This document shows, in pieces, positions 20,661-30,512 of a stretch of 64,000 nucleotides of DNA. Source of the stretch: an uncultured Candidatus Rokubacteria bacterium (GTDB lineage Bacteria > Methylomirabilota > Methylomirabilia > Rokubacteriales > DASRDR01). Position numbers and translations under genes: made by a program. Below the pieces are notes generated by a model, which searched no databases, was not told where the DNA came from, and saw nothing but the letters and a program-made list of their open reading frames with translations. Within the stretch, counting starts at the first letter, position 1. Every line of letters starts with the position of its first letter. The stretch spans positions 544,001 to 608,000 of the forward strand of contig CAWGVS010000006.1 in NCBI GenBank assembly GCA_963826115.1, given 5' to 3'.

Positions 20661-21904
20661 TACATCTCCTCGATGAGCCAGCGGCCGAGGGCGTCGCGCC
20701 GGAACTGGATGAAGTAGAGCTGCGGGCCTGAGGGCTCGTCACGCACGACGACGGCCTCCGCCAGGTCCCCGAGCTGGTCGGTCACGTTGAGATCGCCGAG
20801 GGCTGTCGCGGCGGCGGGAAGACTGGATCCGAGATCATCGAACACTTGCTCCATGCGTGCGCGGAGCGTAGGGGCGATGAACGACAGCGCGCCCGTCACG
20901 TCCCCGGCCTGGAGCCGGGACTTGAGACCACTCCAGAGAGCGTCGAAGCGAGCGCTCACGGCTGCCGGGTCGCTGGCGACGAGGGTGGTGGAGGCCGTGT
21001 AGATGACCCCTTGGTCGTCCACCACGCGGAGAGTCGGGAACCAGAGGCCTGCGGTGGAGTAGATGGTCTGACTGTCCTCCAGGCTCTCCATCGGCGGACC
21101 AAAAGCCCCACCCCCCGTTGGATCCAGCTCGTATTGTATGAGGGCGCGTCCGCTGTTGTTCACAACTTTCCAGGTGACAGTGAGCGGAGCGACGCCGTCT
21201 GCGGGCGCGCCCACGAGCTCGACGGCGGACGGTGACGCCGCACTGACCGTGACCGCCTCCGACCTGGTCACCGAGTCACCGCCGACCACGCTTGCGGTGG
21301 CCGTGAGAAGTGTCACGCTCGGATCCACCGGGATCTCGACGGCCCACTGGCTGCCGTGAATCAAGGCCGGGACGCCGTTGACGCTGACGCCCGCCGGCGC
21401 CGGCGCGCGCACGGTGCCGCGGACTAGCAGGGCGCCCTGAGGCACCGACGCTCCCGCCGGGGGGCTGGCGATGGCCACGTCCAGGCAGGCCCCCGCGCTG
21501 GTGACCGACACGCCGAGCGCCGCGCCCGGCGGCCCGATCATCCAGACGAGCAGGGTGTTGTCGCCCGCGAGCCGGACCGACTGCTCCACGACCCGCCGCT
21601 GACCCGGGGCCTCCAGCATGACGATCGTCTCCCGCTGGTTCAGAACCACCACGGCCAGGGCGACCCTCGGGCGCCCGTTGGGGCCGTTCTCCACCCGGAG
21701 CTGACCACCCTTCTCCGGCTGGCAGGCGGGAAAGCGCTCGATCGCCGGGAGGGGGAGCGCCGGTTTGACCACGTACTCCTTCGGCCCGAAGGCGGGCGCC
21801 GCGTGGGCCGTGGCGGCGAGCGCGGCGACCAGGGCGCCGACGAGGGCGAGAGCGTGTGCCCGGCGAGCGGGCCGGGGTGCGACGCGGGCCAGGAGAGTGG
21901 TCAC
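20660..21904 (-). CDS. Secreted Ig-like/PKD-domain protein with C-terminal NTF2-like domain
   Basis: GTG 21904 after GAGGAGG; signal peptide ending AHA; VAIASPPAGASV, PKD-like GVAPLTVTW...YSTAGLWFPTLRVVD, C-terminal WSGLKSRLQAGDVTGAL...FRRDALGRWLIEEM. Confidence 0.72.
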   Translation of the reverse strand: MTTLLARVAPRPARRAHALALVGALVAALAATAHAAPAFGPKEYVVKPALPLPAIERFPACQPEKGGQLRVENGPNGRPRVALAVVVLNQRETIVMLEAPGQRRVVEQSVRLAGDNTLLVWMIGPPGAALGVSVTSAGACLDVAIASPPAGASVPQGALLVRGTVRAPAPAGVSVNGVPALIHGSQWAVEIPVDPSVTLLTATASVVGGDSVTRSEAVTVSAASPSAVELVGAPADGVAPLTVTWKVVNNSGRALIQYELDPTGGGAFGPPMESLEDSQTIYSTAGLWFPTLRVVDDQGVIYTASTTLVASDPAAVSARFDALWSGLKSRLQAGDVTGALSFIAPTLRARMEQVFDDLGSSLPAAATALGDLNVTDQLGDLAEAVVVRDEPSGPQLYFIQFRRDALGRWLIEEM

Positions 21905-21965
21905 GGAATCATCCTCCTCGTCTCGGATGCCATACACCCCGCGGAGGTGTGACGGCCGACTCGGA

Positions 21966-21981
21966 GGCAAGAAGAGGGCCA
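21966..21981 (-). promoter_or_regulatory. Sigma-54 promoter of the PKD-protein operon
   Basis: Minus strand TGGCCCTCTTCTTGCC, exact -24/-12 spacing, about 60 nt upstream of GTG 21904. Confidence 0.55.
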
Positions 21982-22083
21982 GGCGCGCGCTGACTTCGGG
22001 ATCGTGATCCTGAAAGCATCGTCCCGGCGAGCCGTTTCGCCGCGGAGAGGCACGGAGCTCGGCGCGCCGATGGCGGGGCCGGC

Positions 22084-22319
22084 TGCACTGATTCCTGTGC
22101 ACCGCTCGAGGGTGGTCCTCGCGTGCACGCACACCATCTGCGATCAACCGCGCACTCGGGACATCGACGAGCGCGCGTCGCATCGTCCCGTGGAGACGGG
22201 CAAAGTCTGTTGTGGCCGCCGCTCCGGTCTCACGAGTCCGCGCGCCCAGCCGGTCGGCGATCTCGTTCCGCGCGGGGGGTGCACCGAAAACAGTGCAGTG
22301 GTGCACATGAACGTGTGCA
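22084..22319. promoter_or_regulatory. Three TGCAC-N8-GTGCA palindromes (putative enhancer-binding-protein sites)
   Basis: TGCACTGATTCCTGTGCA 22084-22101, TGCACCGAAAACAGTGCA 22280-22297, TGCACATGAACGTGTGCA 22302-22319. Confidence 0.65.
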
Positions 22320-22381
22320 GTGCAGCAGGCTGCACACGCAGAGATTCGCTGTATCCATTCGGAAACTCAGCAGGCGCGTCG

Positions 22382-22397
22382 TGGCATTCCCGTTGCA
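22382..22397 (+). promoter_or_regulatory. Sigma-54 promoter facing the ferredoxin gene
   Basis: TGGCATTCCCGTTGCA, exact -24/-12 spacing. Confidence 0.68.
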
Positions 22398-22653
22398 CCT
22401 CTCTGAGCGCGTCTGCCGTGAAGGTCCGCCGGATCGTCCCCGCCGTCGCGGGACCGTCGGCCGGAACGGCGAACGACGGGGGGACATCGGGGTGAGGTGG
22501 AAAGGGGCAGTCGGATCGCGGGGTTGCGCCCTGCCGTGCTTGACACGGGGTCTGGCGCATAGTAGAAGATGACCGATCCGACGCAGGTCGTTCCGCGGCC
22601 ACGGGTGGCGGAACGAAACCGACGCACCGAACACCACCTCGGGGGAGGACTCG

Positions 22654-22920
22654 ATGCCCTACATCATTGCCGAGCCGTGCATCGGCGTGAAGGACAAGGC
22701 CTGCGTGGAGGTCTGTCCGGTTGACTGCATCTACGAGGGTGACACGATGCTGTTCATCCACCCTGAGGAGTGCATCGACTGCGGCGCCTGCGAGCCGGTG
22801 TGTCCGGTCAAGGCGATCTTCGCCGAGGACGAGACCCCCGATCAGTGGAAGCAGTACATCGAGCTCAACAAGCAGTTCTTCAAGGACCACCCGGGAGTCA
22901 AGCCCGCGACCAAGACCTAG
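22654..22920 (+). CDS. fdxA: Dicluster (7Fe-type) ferredoxin
   Basis: MPYIIAEPCIGVKDKACVEVCPVDCIY...IHPEECIDCGACEPVCPV; GGAGG RBS. Confidence 0.93.
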   Translation: MPYIIAEPCIGVKDKACVEVCPVDCIYEGDTMLFIHPEECIDCGACEPVCPVKAIFAEDETPDQWKQYIELNKQFFKDHPGVKPATKT

Positions 22921-22943
22921 CGCTCGGCTCCGGTCGGCGAGGC

Positions 22944-22979
22944 CGCGAGGGGCGTCTCCGCGAGGTGACGCCCCTCGCG
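22944..22979 (+). terminator. Stem-loop after ferredoxin gene
   Basis: CGCGAGGGGCGTC / GACGCCCCTCGCG 13-bp stem with central GCGA. Confidence 0.55.
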
Positions 22980-23031
22980 CGTTCGGACGCCCGCTAGCGC
23001 CCCGGGCCGGGCTTCGCGCCCAGGACGGGTC

Positions 23032-24390
23032 GTGAGCCGCGTGACGGCAGTCATCGGCGCGGCCCGCCAGCTCCTGCGGCCCCGCCGGAGCTATCGAGAA
23101 CTCGAGGGCCTCGAGGAGATCTCGCGGGCCTTCGAGGCGATGACCGACATCCGCGAGACCTACGGCCGCCTCACCAGCCGGCTCGCCGAGCTCGTGGGCT
23201 GCGAGAAGTGCGTGATCTCGCTCTACGAGCCCGAGACCCGCGAGTTCGTCTGCCAGTGGCCGGGTTACAACGTCTCGGACGAGCTGCTCAAGAAGGTCCG
23301 TTACCCGGCCGACGCGCTCCGCCCGGCGTGGAACTTCCGGCACCGGGGACCGATGGTCAACAAGCGGCCCGAGGAGTTCAACGAGGAGCAGCGGGCCTTC
23401 CTCCGGCCGTTCGGCGTCTACAACCTCAGCGAGTTCCCGCTCCTCCACGAGGGCCGCTTCGTCGGCAAGATCTCCATCGCCAACAAGCCGGGCGGACTGT
23501 CCCAGAACGACATCCGACTGGTGACGGTCTTCGCAGCCCAGGTCGCGGTGGTGATCCAGAACGCGCACCTCTATCGCCGGCTCCAGGAGTCGGCGGCCCA
23601 GCTCGAGGTCAAGGTCCAGGCGCGGACTGCGGAGCTGGAGGCGACGTACCGTCAGCTCGAGGCTTCTCACGCCCGCCTCCGCGAGGTCGACCAGCTCAAG
23701 TCCGACTTCCTCGGCAACGTGTCGCACGAGCTCCGGACGCCGCTCGCCGCGATCAAGGGCTACGTGGACAACCTCCTGGACGGCGTGGCCGGGCCCGTCG
23801 TCGACAAGCCGCGTCACTACCTGGGCCGCGTCCGTGACAACGCCGACCGGCTTGGGCGCATGGTGTCCGACCTCCTCGACTTGACGCGGATCGAGGCGGG
23901 GAAGATCGAGCTGCTGCCGGAGGCCCTGTCCGTCGCCGACATCGTCGGCGACGCCGTCGACGGGCTGCGTCACCTCTCGGTCGGGCGGCACGTCCGCGTG
24001 ACCGACGACGTGGTCGCGTGCCCTCCGGTCTGCGCCGATCCGGACAAGGTCCACCAGGTCGTGACCAACCTCCTCGCGAACGCGATCAAGTTCAGTCCGC
24101 CGGGCGGCGAGGTGGTCGTTACCGGCGGCCCGGCCGCCGATGGGCTGGTGCGGCTCGCGGTGGAGGACGCGGGGCCCGGCATCCCGCTCACGGAGCGGGA
24201 GCGGGTCTTCGACAAGTTCTACCAGGTGGGCCGCCTCGAGGGGGAGCGGCCGCCCGGTACGGGCCTCGGCCTCACGATCGCGCGCCACCTGGTCGAGCTC
24301 CACGGCGGGCGGATCTGGGTGGAGGACGCGCCGGGCGGCGGCGCGGCCTTCGTCGTCCTGCTGCCCGCCGCGGGGGGTCGGACGCCATGA
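23032..24390 (+). CDS. GAF-domain sensor histidine kinase (no TM helices seen)
   Basis: H-box VSHELRTPL, N-box NLLANAIKF, DAGPGIP, FDKFYQV, GTGLGL. Confidence 0.93.
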   Translation: MSRVTAVIGAARQLLRPRRSYRELEGLEEISRAFEAMTDIRETYGRLTSRLAELVGCEKCVISLYEPETREFVCQWPGYNVSDELLKKVRYPADALRPAWNFRHRGPMVNKRPEEFNEEQRAFLRPFGVYNLSEFPLLHEGRFVGKISIANKPGGLSQNDIRLVTVFAAQVAVVIQNAHLYRRLQESAAQLEVKVQARTAELEATYRQLEASHARLREVDQLKSDFLGNVSHELRTPLAAIKGYVDNLLDGVAGPVVDKPRHYLGRVRDNADRLGRMVSDLLDLTRIEAGKIELLPEALSVADIVGDAVDGLRHLSVGRHVRVTDDVVACPPVCADPDKVHQVVTNLLANAIKFSPPGGEVVVTGGPAADGLVRLAVEDAGPGIPLTERERVFDKFYQVGRLEGERPPGTGLGLTIARHLVELHGGRIWVEDAPGGGAAFVVLLPAAGGRTP

Positions 24391-24780
24391 CGGTGGGCGA
24401 CATGCGCGCGCCGGTGCCGGCCGAGGACCGCCTGGTCCTGGTCGTCGACGACGAGGCCGACCTCCTCCAGATCGTCTCCGACCGGCTGGCCGCCGCGGGT
24501 TACCGTGTCCTCACGGCGCGCGACGGTGTCGAGGCGCTGGCCTCCGCCCGCGAGGCCCGCCCCGGCTGCATCATCCTCGACCTCAAGATGCCGCGGCTCG
24601 GGGGCTTCGAAGCGCTGCCGGCGATCCGGCAGGCGGCCCCCGCCGCCCGCGTGATCGTGCTGACCGGCTCCCCCAACCGTCCGCTCCGCGAGGCGTGCCG
24701 CGCCCGCGGCGCGGACGAGTTCGTGCTGAAGCCCTTCGACCCCGGCGAGCTCCTGCGCCTGACGGCGCAGGCGTTCCGCC

Positions 24781-24788
<8 letters not shown>
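24387..24788 (+). CDS. Single-domain response regulator
   Basis: VLVVDDE, ILDLKMP, VLTG, KPFD; ATGA overlap with kinase. Confidence 0.9.
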
Positions 24789-26220
<1,432 letters not shown>

Positions 26221-26421
26221 ACCGGATCTGCCGATACGATCAGCGTCGCGGTTCTGGACGCGAGCCGCGGCCGGGACGCGCTGACGTGTGACCGGGACTT
26301 CGCCGTCGCTGGCTTCCGCGCATGGCCAAGCCACGCCTGACGGGGCACCGCGCGCGCCCCACAGCCCTCGTGCCGGGCAGGGTGGTGAGCCGACTGGAGC
26401 TCCGAGGACGGCGATGCGCGC

Positions 26422-27642
26422 TCAGCCCGGGAACGCCAGGTCGAAGAACAGGGCCTGCGTGTCGTCGAGCGTCGTCTGGAGCGTGCAGCGCGACGTGAGC
26501 CGCGTGTTCGTCGGCGGGTGAGGGATGCCCGCATAGGTCTCGGTCCAGGTCGAGATCGCGGCCCGGCGACCCCGCTGGTCCGGCGCCTGGCTGGGCAGGA
26601 TGGCGTCGAAGACGTCGCCGTCCGGCGTGCCGTTGTGGCTCCCGTGGTGCGAGACCTTGAGGAAGTGCACGGGGCCGAGCACGCCCTCGCGCTGCATCGT
26701 CCGCCAGCTCCGGGTCTCGGCGTCCCCCGCGAACAGGAGCCGCCACCCGCGCCATTTCAGGAGCAGCACGACGCTCGTGTTGTTCGCCGCCTTGTCGATG
26801 GCGAGGAGGTTGTCGGAGAGGCCGCGCCGCCGGGCCTCCACCATGTTGTAGAAGGCTCCCGCGTCGACGCCGGCGGGCGGCACCGGATCCGCGGCCGCGG
26901 GCACGGCGCCGAGCGCCCCGTCGTCGTCGCCGAGCCAGAGGGGCTGGAAGCGCCCGTAGTACTCGGTCGTGTCCTCTTCCGGCGCCCAGATCTCGAGCTG
27001 AGCCTCCTTGAAGGGGTGCTTGCCCGCCGGATCGAAGAGCGGCGCGCCCCCGGCGGGGTTGCCCACGCTCCGGTGGACGTAGTGGGTCTTCTGCTGCGGC
27101 GCGAGCTTCCGCAGGAAGTCGACGCACGCCGTCGTGCTCGCCGGATTGTTGATGGCGAGGAAGCGGAGGAAGGGCGCCCGCGCCTCCTCCCCGACCGCGA
27201 GGAGGTACCGCTCGATCCTGGCGAGCATGGCGCGGTGGGCCAGGAGCTCCTTCTTGGCGGCGGGATGGGTGTCGTAGTAGGTCGGGTGGGCGGAGGCGGT
27301 CAGCCACGCGTAGTCCACCGTGAGCTTCGCCGCGAACTGGTTGCCGGGGTAGGTCTTCCAGGCGGCGTGCGGCAGCCCTTGCACGTGGTCCAGGTGCTCG
27401 TGGGTCATCACGTACAGGTCGACCGGGCGGCCGGCGAGCTCCGTGACGATGTCGTCGAACACGGGCTTGAACACGGAGTCGTCGCCGCCCTCGGGGCTGG
27501 CCACGAGGGGCGCGTTCCCCACGTCGATCAGGATGTGGCGGGTCGTGACCGCGTTCGTCTGCGGGTCCCGGTCGGGAACCGTGACGAGGATCCCGTCCCC
27601 GAACCGCACGTTGTAGAAGCGGACGCGGAGCGTGTCGGTCAC
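26422..27642 (-). CDS. Soluble metallo-beta-lactamase-fold hydrolase (ComEC/Rec2-like)
   Basis: NVRFGDG, IDVG, THEHLDH (HxHxDH), NNTSVV, LFAGDAE, KVSHHGSHNGT; no TM or signal. Confidence 0.88.
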   Translation of the reverse strand: MTDTLRVRFYNVRFGDGILVTVPDRDPQTNAVTTRHILIDVGNAPLVASPEGGDDSVFKPVFDDIVTELAGRPVDLYVMTHEHLDHVQGLPHAAWKTYPGNQFAAKLTVDYAWLTASAHPTYYDTHPAAKKELLAHRAMLARIERYLLAVGEEARAPFLRFLAINNPASTTACVDFLRKLAPQQKTHYVHRSVGNPAGGAPLFDPAGKHPFKEAQLEIWAPEEDTTEYYGRFQPLWLGDDDGALGAVPAAADPVPPAGVDAGAFYNMVEARRRGLSDNLLAIDKAANNTSVVLLLKWRGWRLLFAGDAETRSWRTMQREGVLGPVHFLKVSHHGSHNGTPDGDVFDAILPSQAPDQRGRRAAISTWTETYAGIPHPPTNTRLTSRCTLQTTLDDTQALFFDLAFPG

Positions 27643-29411
27643 GCGCCGGCCGCCGGCGTGATGTGGAGCATGCGGACCGCGCTCTGGACTCGCAGGACGT
27701 CCAGGATCACGTCCCCGCGGACGACGCCCTGGAGGGGCCGCCCGTCCAGCCCGAGCGCCTCGTCACCGAGCCGCAGCATGTCGGCCGCGAGCAGGCCCGC
27801 GAGGAAGCGATCGCGGTCCGCCCGCTGCTGCCGGCCCTGGTCCGACGGGAGGATCGCGCGGACCGTGCGCGTCTTCCAGTCGATGGCGAGCGTGGTGCCC
27901 GCAACGGTGCGCCGCTGGCGGGGGAGCCCGGGCCCGACCGGGTTCGGCTCCACCTGGCTCCACGAGACCTTGAAGAGGCACTCGCGCACCTCGTGCTTGC
28001 CGTCGCGGTGCCAGTAGAGCTTGGTCACGTCGAGGCGCGGCCGCACCTCGAACGGGACGCTCCGCGGGATGCCGAGCAGCTTCCGGTTGGCGTTGGCGAA
28101 CGCGTAGGCCGCCCAGTCGCTGGTCACCAGGGCGTCGAGATCGAGCTCGGCGACCGCGGGGTGCTCGAAGTTCGTGCGGACGTCGAGCTCCGCGCGCGCC
28201 TTGACGATGCCGCGTGCCACGAACTCCTCGCGGATCCAGTCCCGCTGCTCGCTGCTGTCGGGGTGCGACGCCTCGTCGGCGGCCAGGATCGCGCGGCCGA
28301 GGTCCGCGAACGAGACGTCGCCCGGCGGGAGATAGTCGAGCCCGCGGTAGAGCGTCCGCTTGAAGCGCTCCGCGCCGACGAAGAGCGCCTTGAAGGCCGT
28401 CGCCGCCCCGCCGGCCGCCGGCGGCGCGGGGTCCGCGGCGGCCTGCTTCGCCTGCTGGTAGTGGGTCTCCGCGGCCTCGACCAGCGTCGTCCGCGGCTCG
28501 CCCGCGCCCGCGAACTCGGCCTTCAGCGACTCGTGGAGCTTGACCATGACGCCGTAGAGCGCGCCCGAGAGGACCTGGCTCAGGTCGTGCGGCTCGCTCC
28601 GGTCCACCCGATCCGCGCGCTTCGCCCGGGGCTTGAGCGACTTCGTGTTGGCGAGGTCGCGGAGGTACGGGCGGTTCTCCTGGAGCGCGCCGGCGAACTG
28701 CTCGGCGATGCCCGTGAAGGCCGTAGAGCGCGCGATGGAGCCGTTCGTGTCGCGCAGGACCTGTTCCGCGAGGGTCTTCGAGCGGAAGGCCGAGAGGAGC
28801 GCGGTCAGGTCGGCGACGGCCTCGTGGATCGCCAGCGCCTGGGGGGAGTAGGCGTGGTAGAGGTCGGGCGCGATGCCGTCCAGGATCGCGTGCGCGGTCT
28901 CGTGGGCGACGATGTCCTGCGAGTGCGCGGTGTGGACGCGGCCGCGACCGGCCGCGGTGAAATAGAAGAACTGGAGGCCGTGCGACTCGCGCTCGTAGAA
29001 GGCGTTGGCCCACTCCCCGGCGCGCGGGACGACCAGGAGCTGGGGCGCGTCGAACGCCCACACGATGCGCCGCCCGAGCGCGTCCGGCTCCTCGAACATG
29101 GCGAGCGTCTTCAGCACGGTCCCGAAGACGCTGACGTTGCCTTCCTGGCGGCCGACGGCCTCGCCGGCCTCGCCCGCGGCCCGGGTGGCCGTGTACGCGC
29201 CGGGCTTGTCGGGGGCGGCGGGCGGGGCGAACGGCACCGGCGGCTCGAGCCTGCCGGTCTTCGCGTCGAAGTCGAGGATGGCCACGCGCGGGGTGATCGG
29301 CCCGTCGAGGAAGATGTCCTCGCTCTGGGCCACGAAGGGCTCCGTGGGAGGCACGCCCTTCCACTCCGTGACCTCGGGATCCTTCACGATGATCGGGATC
29401 CGGACGCGCAT
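27639..29411 (-). CDS. Cytoplasmic gluzincin metalloprotease (M4/M36-like)
   Basis: ANAFY, DIVAHETAHAILDG (HExxH), AIHEAVAD third ligand; ATG 29411 after GAGGTGG; no signal peptide. Confidence 0.85.
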   Translation of the reverse strand: MRVRIPIIVKDPEVTEWKGVPPTEPFVAQSEDIFLDGPITPRVAILDFDAKTGRLEPPVPFAPPAAPDKPGAYTATRAAGEAGEAVGRQEGNVSVFGTVLKTLAMFEEPDALGRRIVWAFDAPQLLVVPRAGEWANAFYERESHGLQFFYFTAAGRGRVHTAHSQDIVAHETAHAILDGIAPDLYHAYSPQALAIHEAVADLTALLSAFRSKTLAEQVLRDTNGSIARSTAFTGIAEQFAGALQENRPYLRDLANTKSLKPRAKRADRVDRSEPHDLSQVLSGALYGVMVKLHESLKAEFAGAGEPRTTLVEAAETHYQQAKQAAADPAPPAAGGAATAFKALFVGAERFKRTLYRGLDYLPPGDVSFADLGRAILAADEASHPDSSEQRDWIREEFVARGIVKARAELDVRTNFEHPAVAELDLDALVTSDWAAYAFANANRKLLGIPRSVPFEVRPRLDVTKLYWHRDGKHEVRECLFKVSWSQVEPNPVGPGLPRQRRTVAGTTLAIDWKTRTVRAILPSDQGRQQRADRDRFLAGLLAADMLRLGDEALGLDGRPLQGVVRGDVILDVLRVQSAVRMLHITPAAGA

Positions 29412-29760
29412 GCGTTTCCGCCACCTCGCTCGTCGGTCCGGAGGGCCAGTGCGTGTCCGCCCCAGCATAGCCCACCCGGGGCTTCGCGGGGGGAGCGCCC
29501 CCCGGGCGGTAGGCGCACCCCGGGACATGCCGGGGCCGCCTCGAGGACGCGCGCCATGTGTCGCTGAGCCGAAGGCGCATGAGCCCTGCCCCGCCGCGTT
29601 TGCCCGTCCGACGCCCCCGGGATGCCCGCGCTCACCTGCCGCGACCGGGCCGTCCCGTGGCGTGCCCGCTCTCGTGGCACGGGTCAGCGCGGAGCGCACC
29701 GACCTGGATCTCCGGCCGCGACACGACGAGCCGCGCCCGGCGACGGAGGAGACCGCGCGC

Positions 29761-29796
29761 TTGACACCCTCCGGGACGGTTCCTACACTCGCGCCA
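29761..29796 (+). promoter_or_regulatory. Sigma-70 promoter, copy 1 of 36-bp repeat
   Basis: TTGACA-17bp-TACACT; 31/36 identical to 32209-32244. Confidence 0.7.
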
Positions 29797-29842
29797 TCCT
29801 AGCGGCCCGACGTCGGTAGCTCCCAGCGGATCGGAGGCGGCG

Positions 29843-30436
29843 GTGGAATGGCGTGAGCTGATCGTGGACGGCTTCGAGCGGCTTCCGGATCTGGTGGACG
29901 AGGCGCTGGCGGGGGTGCGCGCCGCCGACCTCGACTGGCCGCCGCGGCCGGGCTGCAATCCTCTCGGCTGGACGGTCTGGCACCTCACGCGCGTGCAGGA
30001 CGGTCAGATCGCCGACCTCATGGGCCAGCCGGACCTCTGGACGCGGGACGGCTGGCACGCGAAGTTCAAGCGCCCGGCGGACCACGAGGACTCGGGCTAC
30101 GGTCACACGCCGGAGCAGGTGAGGGCGTTCCACTCGCCGAGCGCGAAGGTCCAGCTCGACTACCTCCGCGCGACCACCGAGCGGACGAAGGCGTGGCTCG
30201 GGTCGGTCACGCCGGCCGCGCTCGATCTCGAGCTCGACGAGCCGTGGTACACGCCGCGGCCGACCGTCGGGGTCCGGCTCCTCAGCATCCTGGCGGACTG
30301 CCACCAGCACGCCGGCGAGGTGTCCTACATCCGCGGGCTGATCCGGGCCCGCGGCCAGACCGCGCGGCCCGCGGCGCGGAAGCGCGCGGCTCGACCGGCG
30401 AAGCCGAGGGCCTCCCGGAAGAAGCGGGCCCGCTGA
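29843..30436 (+). CDS. DinB-family protein (mycothiol transferase/DUF664-like) with basic tail
   Basis: NPLGWTVWHLTRVQD, SGYGHTPEQV, DCHQHAGE. Confidence 0.85.
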   Translation: MEWRELIVDGFERLPDLVDEALAGVRAADLDWPPRPGCNPLGWTVWHLTRVQDGQIADLMGQPDLWTRDGWHAKFKRPADHEDSGYGHTPEQVRAFHSPSAKVQLDYLRATTERTKAWLGSVTPAALDLELDEPWYTPRPTVGVRLLSILADCHQHAGEVSYIRGLIRARGQTARPAARKRAARPAKPRASRKKRAR

Positions 30437-30512
30437 GCCGAGGCCCGCGCCGGCCCCTTCGGAGACGCGTGGCTGCTCCGTCTGCTCTCCGTCGAGGAGT
30501 AAGCTTCTAGCC

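Noticed and set aside
21905-22306. N-terminal extension of the PKD ORF to 548 aa
   Set aside because: Not protein-like, overlaps promoter and palindromes; a strong RBS and signal peptide support GTG 21904
26422-27642. Calling the MBL protein a beta-lactamase or a competence ComEC
   Set aside because: No signal peptide, no membrane competence domain and no competence genes nearby
29412-29699. N-terminal extension of the metalloprotease to 686 aa
   Set aside because: Low-complexity Arg/Gly/Pro translation; RBS supports ATG 29411
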